DNA of 64,000 bases, taken from positions 7,698,721 to 7,762,720 of the forward strand of contig MU058423.1 of assembly GCA_013265495.1 (NCBI GenBank), in the 5' to 3' direction. How positions within the stretch are numbered: position 1 is the first letter of the stretch; each line of letters starts with the position of its first letter. Under the pieces are notes generated by a model, which worked only from the letters and a program-made list of their open reading frames with translations, was not told where the DNA came from and searched no databases. Shown here in pieces: positions 14,700 to 26,701 of this stretch. The DNA comes from Vicugna vicugna. Its lineage: Eukaryota. The translations under genes were made by a program, and so were the position numbers.

Positions 14700-15440
14700 A
14701 TATGAAGAAATTATTTGGATAGTGGCACTCTTTGAAGTCAGAAGGCATGTGCTGAGTTCTGATTCTGCAACTCATTAGCTATGTCACCTTAGGTAGCAAA
14801 AAGAGATTGTTCACTAATTCTTTTTGAATCTGTTTCATCAAAAGTAAAATAAGGGAAAACTACCTACCCTGCAGGGTTGTTGTGAGGTGTAAATGCAAAA
14901 GCATTCAATCACTCATCTTACATTTAGTGCCTACTTTGAGAACTACTGAATGTTGTGGAAAGAGATGTAAAGATCTATTTCCAGGTCTGAATGTGTTCAG
15001 TGTCTAGTAAAGAAAACAGATTTGCAGATATATCATTACAATAAAATGTGATGAACACCATGGTAGAATCAAACTTAGGATGTAACAGAAATCAAGAGAA
15101 GGGCTAAGATTCAGCCTGGAGGGGACAGGAAAGAAATAAACTGAGATATGAAATCAAATATTGAACTTAGAGAAAGATATTCAAGATAGAAGGTGCTATT
15201 TGTATAAAGGACTGTTGTGAGCAAATGCACGGTATTTTGGAAAGTTAAAAGTAAATCAATATAACTTGATCATTTTTACCTAACAATTAGGATAGTTGAT
15301 TATAGAGAGAAAGGTTCGGTCCAAATGCTAAAAACTTTGTGTTCCATGCTAAACAACTTATATTTTTGTCATGGAGTCAATAGGGAGCCACCAAAGGATT
15401 TACAGAAGGATCAGATTTGCATTTTGGAAAGATCTACACA
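14700..15440. mobile_element. MIR fragment followed by L2 fragment
   Basis: MIR core-like text (ctgcaactcattagctatgtcacctt...cagggttgttgtgagg), then L2-like text (atagggagccaccaaaggattt...atcagatttgcattttggaaagatc). Confidence 0.6.
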
Positions 15441-16062
15441 TTCTTATTAAACGCTCAATCATTATTATATAAATGATCATCTCTTTGCTGAACCTGAATT
15501 CATGGACTTATAAAGATTAAAGTTAGTTAGAGAATGAACCCATGAAACAGCCTCATTAGCCTGAAAATTTATAAGTCACATTTTGTCACATCTGACCAAC
15601 TACTACGGGACTGGACATTAAGCTCTAAAAACCATAAAAAAATCAAGGGAGTTTTACGACATCCCCATGACAAGCTTCAGGATCTATACAAAAACTTCAG
15701 CACATCTTATCTTCTTTAAATAGTTTTAAAATAACACGTTGTGAGTTTCTTCACAGAAATCTATATCAAGGAGCTGTGAGGGATTGGAGGAAGATGTAGA
15801 CGCTGGATGGATCAAAGTGAGTGGATGAAAAGTGAGTCATACAGTAAGCTCATGCATTTATTTTTCTAGACTATTTTTTTAACTGATATTTTTGTCATCC
15901 AAGCCCAAGTCAAAATTCCTGCCAGGTCAAGATACTTTTTTTTTTTTCACTTCCTTTACCAGGTCCAGGATCCTTCCTTAAGCTAAATTTATATTTTTTT
16001 TTAATAAGATTTGTGCTGCACACAAAAATGTTGATTATTATTTGGTACCTGTGATCGTCAAG

Positions 16063-16643
16063 ATCTTCTCAAAGTTGAATCAGCTTTTAGTTTCATTGAT
16101 CATTTCTATTTTTTTTTAAGTCTGTTTCATTTTTTTTTCTGCTCTGATCCTTATGAATTCTTTCCTTCTGTTAACTCTGGGTTTTTTGTTTGTTCTTCTT
16201 TCTCTAGTTGCTTTAGGTGTAAAGTTAGGTTGTTTACTTGAGCTTTTTCTTGTTTCCTGAGTTAAGCTTGTATCACTATAAACTTCCCTCTTAGGATTGT
16301 TTTTGCTGCATCCCATAGGTATTTGATTATCATGTTTTTGTTTTCATTTGTCTCTAGGTATTTTTTTATTTCCTCTGATTTCTTTAGTGATCCATTGATT
16401 GTTTAGTGGTATATTGTTTGGACTCCACGTTTTTGCTTTTTTTTTTTGCAATTTTTCTTTTTTAGTTGATCTCTAGCCTCATAGAGTTACGGTCAGAAAA
16501 GATGCTTGATATAATTTCAGTTGCCTTAAATTTATCAAGGTCTTCTTTGTGGCTAAGCATGTGATCTATCCTGGAGAATGTTCTATGCACACTTGAAAAG
16601 AATGTGTATTCTGCTGCTTTTGGATGGAATATTCTATAAATAT
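16063..16643 (-). mobile_element. L1 ORF2 endonuclease-side segment, the inverted arm of a compound L1
   Basis: The reverse complement encodes IYRIFHPKAAEYTFFSS...FSRIDHML and WDAAK-like L1 ORF2 motifs. Confidence 0.9.
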
Positions 16644-16644
16644 A

Positions 16645-17378
16645 ATCTCAAAAGATGCAGAAAACACTTTTGATAAAATTCAACATCCACTTATGATTTT
16701 AAAAAAACTCTCCAGGTAGTGGGCATAGAGGGAACATACTTCAACATAATAAAGACCATATATGACAAACCCACAGTTAATATCATACTCAATGGTGAAA
16801 GCATTTCCTTTTAGATCAGGAACAAGATGAGGATGCCCAGGCTCCCCAATTTTATTCAACATACTTTTGGAAGCCCTAGCCACAGCAATCAGAGAAGAAA
16901 AAGAAACAAAAGAAATCCAAATTGGAAAAGAAGTTAACCTGTCACTGTTTGCAGATGACATGATACTATTCATAGAAAAACCTAAAGACACTTACCAGAA
17001 AACTATTAGAGCTCACCAATGAATTTGGTAAAGTTGCTGGATACAAAATTAATATACAGAAATAAGTTGCATTTCTATACACTAACAATGCAATATCAGA
17101 AAGAGAAATTAAGGAAACAATTCCATTTACCAGTGCATCAAAAAGAATAAGATACCTAGGAGTAAACCTACCTAAGGAGGCAAAAAATCTGTACTCTAAT
17201 AACTGTAAGATACTGATGTAAAGAAATTAAGTGATACAAACAGATGGAAAGATATAACATGTTCTTAGATTGGAAGAATCAATATCGTTAAGTGACCATA
17301 TTACCCAAAGCAATCTACAAATTTAATGCAATCCCTATCAAATTACCAACAGCATTTTTCACAGAACTAGAATCAAAA
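16645..17378 (+). mobile_element. L1 ORF2 reverse-transcriptase segment (host element, first part)
   Basis: [28 protein letters not shown] (RT catalytic FADD motif) and AFFTELE motifs are present, with frameshifts and stops. Confidence 0.92.
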
Positions 17379-17391
17379 AAAAAAATTAACT

Positions 17392-18399
17392 TGGTGCAGC
17401 CACAGTGGAAAACAGTATGAAGATTACTCAAAAGACTAGGAATAGACTTACCATATGGCCCAGGAATCCCACTCCTGGGCATATATCCAGAAGGAATTCT
17501 ACTTCAAAAAGACACCTGCACCCCAATGTTCATAGCAGCACTATTTACAATAGCCAAGACATGGAAACAGCCTAAATGTCCATCAACAGATGACTGGATA
17601 AAGAAGAGGTGGTATATTTATACAATGGAATACTATTCAGCCATAAAAACTGACAACATAACATCATTTGCAGCAACATGGATGTCCCTGGAGAATGTCA
17701 TTCTAAGTGAAGTAAGCCAGAAAGAGAAAGAAAAATACCATATGAGATCACTCATATGTGGAATCTAAAAAAAAAAAATAAAATAAACAACAAAACCAAA
17801 GTATAAATACAAAACAGAAATAGACTCACAGACATAGAATACAAACTTGTGGTTGCCAAGGGGGTGGGGGGTGGGAAGAGATAGACTGGGATTTCAAAAT
17901 TGTAGAATAGATAAACAAGATTATACTGTATAGCACAGGGAAATATATACAAGATCTTATGGTAGCTCACAGAGAAAAAAATGTGACAATGAATATATAT
18001 ATGTTCATGTATAACTGAAAAATTGTGCTCTACACTGGAATTTGACACAACATTGTAAAATGATTATAAATCAATAAAAAGGTTAAAAACAACAACAACA
18101 ACAACAAAAGAAAACATAAATATAAAACAAACAGACTCATAGACATAGAATACAAACTTGTGGTTGCCAAGGGGTCAGGGGGTGGGAAGGGACAGACTGG
18201 GATTTCAAAATGTAGAATATATAAACAAGGTTTTACTGTATAGCACAGGGAAATATATACAAGATCTTGTGGTAGCTCACAGAGAAAAAAGAATGTGACA
18301 ATGAATACATGTATGTTCATGTACAACTGGAAAGTTGTGCTCTACACTGAAATTTGACACAACATTGTAAAGTAACTATAACTCAATAAAAAAGTGTTT
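17392..18399 (+). mobile_element. Younger 5'-truncated camelid-type L1 (ORF2 C-terminus plus two tandem 3' UTR copies) nested in an older L1
   Basis: The ORF 17526-17768 ([27 protein letters not shown]...EYYSAIK) is the L1 ORF2 C-terminus. The insert is flanked by aaaaaaattaact (17379-17391) and aaaaaaatttaact (18400-18413). Confidence 0.92.
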
Positions 18400-18413
18400 A
18401 AAAAAATTTAACT

Positions 18414-18618
18414 GTACGAAAACAAAAGACCCCAAGTAGCCAAAACAGTTTTGAGACAGAAGAACAAAGCTGAAGGAATCACACTCTCTGACTTCAGACT
18501 ACACTACAAAGCTACAGTAGTCAAAATAGTAGGGGACTGGCACGAAAACAGACACACAGATCAATGGAACAAGACAGAGAGCCCAGAAAGAAACTCACAC
18601 ATGTATGGTCAATTAATC
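18414..18618 (+). mobile_element. L1 ORF2 continuation of the host element after the nested insertion
   Basis: [22 protein letters not shown]...HTDQWNK...YGQLI continues directly from FFTELE at ~17370. Confidence 0.9.
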
Positions 18619-18929
18619 ATTCCCTCAAATATTAATAACATGCATTGGGCTTATAATAGTATCTTCAATAGTTATGAACCTTTTATCAGAATTTACTTAA
18701 ATGTATTCCAGCTATTAGTTTGAATGCTCATGATGTGAGGACTTTGTTAAAAACTAGAAATTCCAAGTCAAAGGACTTAGGTGGAACTACGGAATTTGCT
18801 ATTTTTAAAATATGTCTTGGATAATATTGGTGCTGGTGCACTGAGGACTAAATTTTAAGAAATACAGGAAAATAGACTCGTTATTCTAGAGCAAAGTAAG
18901 TCAAATATGGTCTAATAAGGGTGAAAATG

Positions 18930-19140
18930 TATAGTTGATGGAGTTAGATTATTTGACTTCCACATTAACTCCTTCACTTATTAAATGTGTGACCCTGGTT
19001 AAGCCATACACTTTATCTGTGTCTCAGATCCTTCACCTATAAAATGAAAACAAGAACAGAACCTCTTTCAATGAGTTTTGTGAGGATGATGTGAAATAAT
19101 TAAACACAGTGACTGGCATGTAGGAAGTGCCTAAAAACAG
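18930..19140 (+). mobile_element. MIR SINE
   Basis: cacttattaaatgtgtgaccctgg...ctgtgtctcagatccttcacctataaaatg...cacagtgactggcatgtaggaagtgc. Confidence 0.75.
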
Positions 19141-21429
19141 TTGATTCATATTGGTTTTTTTTCTCTACAGGTTCTGTAGAGCATCTTGTTGTTCCCTGAA
19201 ATCCTAATTTCATGTAAGAAGGTACTGTAAGATGTCCTCATGCCATTGTTGGTAGAGTTAATTTCAAATAACTCAATCTCTTCTATGAGATTCTATGGCA
19301 CACTCTTAGGCAGATGTATAGACTACATATTGCTCCTCAGTTGATCCTTTTGGTGATAAAGTCTATGTCAGGCAGATCTCAAAGAAAAGGAGATAAATGG
19401 GTTTAAATAATCATGTCCAGTGACATCTCCTAAATTCAGTAATCGGACATTTCATCACTTCTCCCCTAGAAATAAATAAATAAGGGGAGGCAGAATGGAG
19501 AGATGTGGTTCTCTGGCAAAGTCCTTCCTCATGGAAATGCAAGGACATGGGAATAAGTAGGACTAATCAATATTCATCTTGGTAATGTGCAGCAAGTACA
19601 CTGGTAAGGCTCATCAGTTGCTGAAATATTGACATGAAATGCAAATTTGGATGTAATGTTTCTGGCCCTCTGCACCTCCCAGATAGAGCAGGCTATACGT
19701 GCTATTTTCTAAACCTGGAATGATACGAACTTGCATCTTTGGCAACTGAAATTTTGGAGTCCTGCTGGTTGCAATGTGTCTGGGTTTTACTACACTTCCC
19801 TACCAATTGGTTAATAGCTGACCAACTGTTAGTATATAAAGACATAATAATGAGGTAAAGTAATTAGCATTTAGTAATGTAAATATTATGTATACAAAGG
19901 CATTAAGTAATAATTGTATACAATGACAAAAATACCTGTATTTTCTTACAACCACACTGTACAGATAGGGCTGCCTCAATACCATCATTTGGACCTCTGC
20001 CTTTCCCTCCAACCCCCCAGGATACCTGCAACCACTGGCAACTAAAAGTTCAGCAGGTACACACCATACACTTGCTACATATTTTGAATATTCCCTCTGA
20101 AAATCGGTTTTTTCTCCTAATCAATGACACTGAATGGGGAACTCTTAACTAGATGCTGAAGTTCATTATAGTGAAATATCACAAGCCAAATTCAAGGAGC
20201 TCACCAAAATAATCAAAAGTCTTGCTTGGGTAAATAACTAATTAGAAATACATATCAACAGAAGGCATTACTGTCATATTTTCTGCTACTTCAGTCTACT
20301 AAACCTCTAGTCCTCCCCCGTTCTTATCACTCTAACTGGTCCTTTGCCTAAAGAGTCAGTTGGTCCTAGACAAAGGAGCCACTTCCTGGTACATAAAGCT
20401 TATAGCTGAGGTGAAAAGTCGAAGCCTCCCCCTTTACACTGCAGCATGAAAACAGGTCTTCAAAGTACAAAAAAGAACTTAGAATGCCCTTTCCCTAAGG
20501 TATGTATTGGCATATGGTGGCTTATGGTGTTATTAGCACAGTACTGTCCTTCAGCAACCTTGGATGACCTGAGATTCTAACACTTAAAAAATTGTTTCTA
20601 AATGGAAAACTAACATGAATTCTGTTTGGAAATTCTAGCAACTAAAAGTTAGATGATTTCTATATGTTTTTTCCATCAGTAGTTAACAAAATTTTACAAG
20701 ATTATTGTTTAATAAGTTCATGCCCTAAGACTTTTGACATTGAAAGACTTACTTTCATTTAATATATAAAATTTAATTGTCTTCTTCATGCACTTATTTT
20801 GAAAATGTTAAAAAATACCCAGAGAAGTACACACCTAGTATTAACATGTTAATGTATTATAGTCGTTTATGGTTTGCATATATGTATAACATATGTAAAA
20901 GAAATCAAACTTTATTAATCATGCTGAAATCTTTATCATTTCCCTCTACTCCCAGGGGCACCTACAATCGTAAGCACAGTTTGTCATTTTCAAAAACACT
21001 TTATATTTTTCACATGTATTAGTGTTACAAACAATAGTAATATTATTGTGCATGCTTTATTTATATAAATTGCATATACTTGACTTGTATTTTCAACTTT
21101 ATTTTTATCCTCTTATGTTGATTATTTAAGTCACTTATTTTAGAAATGGAAGTATAATAATCTATTTCTTCTTTTCCTATTGAGAAACATTTAATCAGTT
21201 TCTCTGCTTTCCTTATTACAAGCAATTATGCAAAGGCATCTGAATGGTTCTTTTTATGCACATATGTGACACATTCTCTAAAGTATCTACAGATTATGAG
21301 TATATGAGTATGAGAAGTTCTGTTTCACAGGCTGTGTATATTTTCAGCTTTATTATTTAATTATTTTCCCATTGATTTCTGCCCGACTGCATTCCCATTA
21401 GCAGTATACGAGTACCACGTATCATGTGT

Positions 21430-21900
21430 TACAGTGGGAGATGAAGTCTATTAACTTCCCTTTAAATTGGGGCTGGTTTTAGTCAGCTGCTTAAACAAAA
21501 AATGTTGCAAATGTGACTCCTATCCTTGTGAGTCTAGGTCATAAGATTCCTTGCAGTTTCTCCCTAGATCTTCAAGAATACTAGCTCTTGGGATGCTCCC
21601 TCAGAACGTAGCTGCCAAGCTGTAAGAAACACAAGCCACGCAGAATGATGACATGGAGGTGATTTACTTAACCCCACCTGAGCAATCAGCTGACAGCCAG
21701 CATCAACAGCAATCATGTGAGTGAGACATTTTGAATATCTAGCCAAGCAAGACTGGCTGTGACATGACCCTAATTTCCATCTGACTGAGACTACACAAGG
21801 AACCTCAAGTGAGAATTATAAAAGTCCCATGAGAGTTGGTATATTTTTGTTTTAAATGACTAAATTTCAGAAGGATTAGTTATACAGAAATTGATAACCT
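21430..21900 (+). mobile_element. MaLR LTR (MLT1 family)
   Basis: gtctaggtcataagattccttgcagtttc...agctgccaagctgtaagaaac...gacagccagcatcaac...gttatacagaaattgataac. Confidence 0.75.
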
Positions 21901-21909
21901 AAGTATCCT

Positions 21910-23160
21910 TAAGAGCTTCACAATCAAGTGAAAAATGACACAAAAGTAGATTCCAATAATCAAGTGCAGTAAATACAATGACAAAAGGGGCACAAGATGT
22001 TACAGAAAAATATGAGAAGAGAAACACTGGAAGTCAGTACTGAGGGCCCAGGAAAAGATTTCTAGATGAGATGACATTTAAAAAGAAACTTAAAAGCAGA
22101 ATAAGAATTGTCCAGGCAAATTAAATGCTATTAATGACTTTTAGTGTTCTCCACGTTAGAAGAAGAGAACAATGTTAAGGAAACTACAAGCATTAAAACT
22201 TTACCTGATTCAAAGTAATGGGAGACAATGGTTAGAAAAGACTGCAGTAAAAAGCTAGGGACCATATTTATGCTGGGCCTTGGATTAGCCACTTTAAGGA
22301 GTCCACACTTAATTGTGTAGACAATAGGGAGACACTGAAGGCCTTTAATCTGAGAAATAACATGGCCAAACCAAGTCAACCATCTCAGGTCCTGTGTGGA
22401 TAACAAATTGCAGGTTGAAAGTAGAAGAAAAAGAAATACTAGTGGTAAGGCAAGGGAAAGAAACAACTGTAATAATTCAGAAAACAAAACGAAGTCCTAC
22501 CTAAGTATGCATGGAGAAGTGGGATGGATTTAGATATATTATGGATAAAAAATTAACAGAATTTTTGATGAATTGAATGTAGAGATAAAGATGAGGAGAA
22601 ATCACATGTGACTTTCATTCCTCTTGCTTTGCAATGGAGAAAAACATATGCTAAAAACTACGACTTAAAAAAAAACTTGAGTTTGAGGTGCCTATAAGAA
22701 ATTAAGTAAGTGACATTTAGCAAATCTTGGGTATATAAATATCATGCATGGGGAAATTAGGGTTGGAAATTCACTCATTCACTCATTCATTAAACCATTA
22801 CTGATTAAGTGGCTACCAGGTGCCAGGCACTACTCTAGGTGATTAAATTAGAACAGAACAACAATCAATGACCCTTCCTCATGGAAAATATATTCTAATA
22901 AAAGAGACAGTCAGTAAATAATCAATCTAATAAAAATAATAAATAGAGAATGACTAGGGTGCTATTTTGATAGGATAGTTAGAATTAGGAGATCTAGATG
23001 GAAATGACTTAACAGCAACCAAGGGAAAAGTGACCTTAAAAGAGAAGAGGTCAAAAAATGAAACTGTGGCAGTACTCTGACAGTCAAGGACATTAGGAAA
23101 TGAATCAAAGACCATTTTCATTTCTATAATGAAAGGTGAGAATTTTCTCAAGGTTTTACA
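21910..23160. mobile_element. L2 fragments
   Basis: L2-like text, including cattcactcattcattaaaccattactgattaagtggctaccaggtgccaggcactactctagg. Confidence 0.65.
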
Positions 23161-24704
23161 TAACCTGCTGGATAATTTTTAAAAAATTTTTTCTAAAATA
23201 AGTTCATCAATATTAAATGATAGATTAAAATCAAAATAGGTAACATCATTTTTTAACATAACATCTGGAATGCTGAAGCAATATAACATATATGAAAGAA
23301 GTATATCATAGTTTCTTATTAAAAGAAGACTAACTTGTGTAATATTGGGCATAAATGTTTAAAAAGTTCTATTATTCTAGGAGCTGTATGTGTACAATTT
23401 CATATAAACTATTTTGATGCATGTTTCTGTAGATAGTATTTGCTAAGATTTATGTAGTGCTTTATAAATTTCAGAGCAATTTTGTACCTACTGCAGACAT
23501 ACAATAACTTTAATCAAGACATAGAAATATAAAATATTTTCTCATGCATGCATTGAAAAATGCAGTATTTCTAAATATATGCTATGCATCACACTTTAGC
23601 ATTTTGTTCTAAGTTTCAGTTACCAATTGAAGTTTCAGTAACCAATCTGAAGTGACTGTGAAAATAAAAGTAGTTCCACCATTTCCTTTCTATAATTAAA
23701 CTCTTTTGAATAGCTAATGTAGGACACAAGATACAAAGAGTTTCATGGACTTTCTGAAAAGGAGAAATGCTGTATGAATCACTATGTAGAGAAGAAATGC
23801 TGTGGACTACAATGTTGTCAAACTAGTTGTATGGAAACCTGTAACAAGAAAGCTTTACTACAAAACAAATGACTAACTAAAAACAACAGTCAGAATTATG
23901 TTAAAGAAAAACTATGCAGATTTATTTGATTTTTTTAAAAAGAGATAGAAGAAATAGTGGGGTATTGTTGAATTTATGTTACTTAGCTACAGCTTTTGTT
24001 TCTTAGTGGCATGTTCAACAGAGTTTTTGGTTTATTACTAAACTTGATTGTTCCGTACAAATGACTAAGCTTCTCTTATGGCAAGTTATGTCGTAAATGC
24101 TAAAATCATCTGTTTTCATATTATCATCTTCTAACACATTTTCATAGAATTTTTCTTCTTATTAACTGCTTGTTACAGATAATCTTTCAGTACTATGAAA
24201 TACAGGAAAGTGGAAAGCTAAAGGGAAAAATGTGCTTATGTAGTAGTTTTGGTCCAGTCATTAATATTGTGAACCATGCATGAGATCAGAATAATTTTTA
24301 TTCCAAAAAAATATTGTCATTAAAAGAATAGCAGTTGATCTTGAGGTGATAAAATTAATATGAATATGTTTTCATATTTTTTGTGTGCATCTATTCAATA
24401 CAGCTTCTGGTACTCCAATAGCATACTGCACTGCCTGCTGAGAGATGAAGATGGAAAAAGATGGCAGGAGACATTTAAAGAAGAGGGAAAAGCATGCATA
24501 AAAACAAATAATCAAACAATCATGTTGTATTTAGCACAGGCAATAAAAATACACTACTATAGCCACCCAGATACTAAACTTCTGTAAATTCATTTTTAAA
24601 TTGAGCAATGATTTGAAAAGGTTTGAAAACAGGTGCAGAATAAAACTTCCAACAATTCTTATGTATGAATCACTGACAAAATAATCTATGCTGATCTATC
24701 CTAA

Positions 24705-24832
24705 ATAGATAGGTAGATGAATGGATGGACAGATAGATATCTAGAAAGAAAGAAGATAGAGAGATAGATATATAGATAGGGAGAGAGAGAGAGGGAGAGG
24801 TAGAGGTTGATAGATAGATAGATAGATAGATA
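24705..24832. repeat. Compound (GATA)n/(GA)n purine-rich microsatellite
   Basis: Direct reading. It includes a pure (GATA)6 run at the 3' end. Confidence 0.9.
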
Positions 24833-26416
24833 TTAGGTTAAGAAACAAATGTAAAAAGAGAAAACCAGAGTTAGCCTTAAATATGCTCTAGAAATTTATC
24901 CCAAAGGGTGTTGGAAATAACTTCGCAGTTTTATCTACTGCCTCAAAAGAAAAGTTCTGTTTCCTGTTTCTGCTAGGAAATAATGGGAATTTCAAACTGT
25001 GGTTATAATTACTAGGGTTATCATTGAACTAAAAACCCTCAAGTAATTCCACCATCTTTATGTTATTATGCAATCCCTTTTCTATGCATAATCCATCTCT
25101 TCAATAATTTTTCAAATTTATTTTTCTTATTGTTTCATAGAAAAAAACAATCTCGAGTAATCATGCACATGCACACATACTCATAACATCAGAATAAAAA
25201 TAGATGCAGTATGATGCAAATCCTTGGGGATTATAACTTCCAAAAGTATTTGAACCCTACTTTAGATTTCTTGAGTTTATACACATATGAAGCGTTTTCA
25301 GTAAAGGATTGGTAGAGATTTTGTATACAGCATGTGTTTGATATATCAAACAATTTATCTCCTTTTTAATGTAGAAGCAATGCCCATATCTCTAGTTCAC
25401 ATATTGCAATCCTTAGGAAATATGATATCTAGAAAAATCAACAGAAGGCATAACTCAGGTTGTATTAAATGCATAATTGCATGAGAAGGAGGTTTCAGGA
25501 ATTGGTTGCCAATTCCTCACCTTTTTATCGTATGGAAAACACTTTTTCCAGCTTCAAGAAAATGAAGGTGCTTGAGTATAGCTAAACGACGCAGGTTGTG
25601 TGAGCAAGTTAGTAATTTATTCTTTCTTTGCTCTTGTGAGGCAGCTATTCTGCCTCTTTTCTTGAGCTCTAGAAAACAGAAATACTTGGAAGCTTAGAAA
25701 TAATGACTTTTCCCATCCCACTGTCCACCCATGACTGAATTCTACCTCAGGCATAAACACAAGTCAGAGTGACAGGGAAATTATATTTCTGGGCATCGCT
25801 GTGTGTGAGGAGGAGAGGTTTTAGCTGCAGGGGGGTCACTAAAGGAATATCTCATTTATAAGAAACAAAAGCCTCTTCACTTATTTATGCATAGTATTTT
25901 CAGATGACCAAAAGTCCTAGATAGATAAATACACATTAACACTTAACCAAATAGATTATTTCAATAGGCTAGTCATAAATGACAGTGATATATACATATA
26001 TAATGGCTATGAACTGTGCCTTGGACAGAAAATACAAATTGATAGTCTGCAAAGCAAACTTTCTTTAACGCACTAAATACAGTATCAAGTCCTCTGCCAA
26101 TGACAGCAGAAGATTCCAGGCACCATTTGTTTCATAATCCTGTATCTAGCTGACTCTTTACTTCTCTGCAGCTCAAGTTGCCAGCAAATACTGAACTGGA
26201 GCGCAAGAGTCAATCCTTGTTCGGTTTAACAAATTCCCCGCAAAATATCTCCCCAAGCCCCCAGGAGCTGTAGTGATGTCATATCCGTTGCCCAGGTCTC
26301 CACACCTCTCTCAGCAGTTACTCCCTTTATCTTTTTCTTGGGTCAAAACTTTTGAGGTGGGCTGGCTAGAGAGCCGCAGGAGAAAAGGTAAACTGGGACG
26401 CGCGAGTTGGAGGCGC

Positions 26417-26437
26417 TTCAGCACCTCGGTCAGCGCC
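26417..26437 (+). promoter_or_regulatory. RE1/NRSE (REST/NRSF binding site)
   Basis: TTCAGCACCTCGGTCAGCGCC matches the consensus TTCAGCACCACGGACAGCGCC at 19 of 21 positions, with canonical half-site spacing. Confidence 0.85.
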
Positions 26438-26514
26438 CACTGCAGCCCAACCCACCCTCTAAAGCTCGCGAACTCCCAGCTCTGAGAGTGCCTGCGGAAT
26501 GATCGCCCCCCAGG

Positions 26515-26580
26515 GCGGCTGCCGCTGCTGCCGCCGCTGCTACCGCCGCTGCTGCTACTGCTCCTGCTCCTGCCACCGCC
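26515..26580 (+). repeat. Interrupted GCC/GCT trinucleotide repeat upstream of the OLFM3 ATG
   Basis: gcggctgccgctgctgccgccgctgctaccgccgctgctgctactgctcctgctcctgccaccgcc. Confidence 0.9.
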
Positions 26581-26701
26581 TCTGTCTCCACTCTGCTCTG
26601 ACTGGCAGGCAGAAAGTGCAACTGACGAAGGAAAGGTCTCTGCAGTGAGAGTGGAGTGGCTACATAAAAGAGAGTGAAGAGAGGGCAAAAAACAGATCAG
26701 A

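Noticed and set aside
17526..17768. Clean 80-aa ORF
   Set aside because: It is the C-terminus of L1 ORF2 in a 5'-truncated copy, not a host gene.
26663..26670. TATA-like CATAAAAG near the OLFM3 ATG
   Set aside because: It would place the TSS less than about 10 nt from the start codon, so it more plausibly lies within the 5' UTR.
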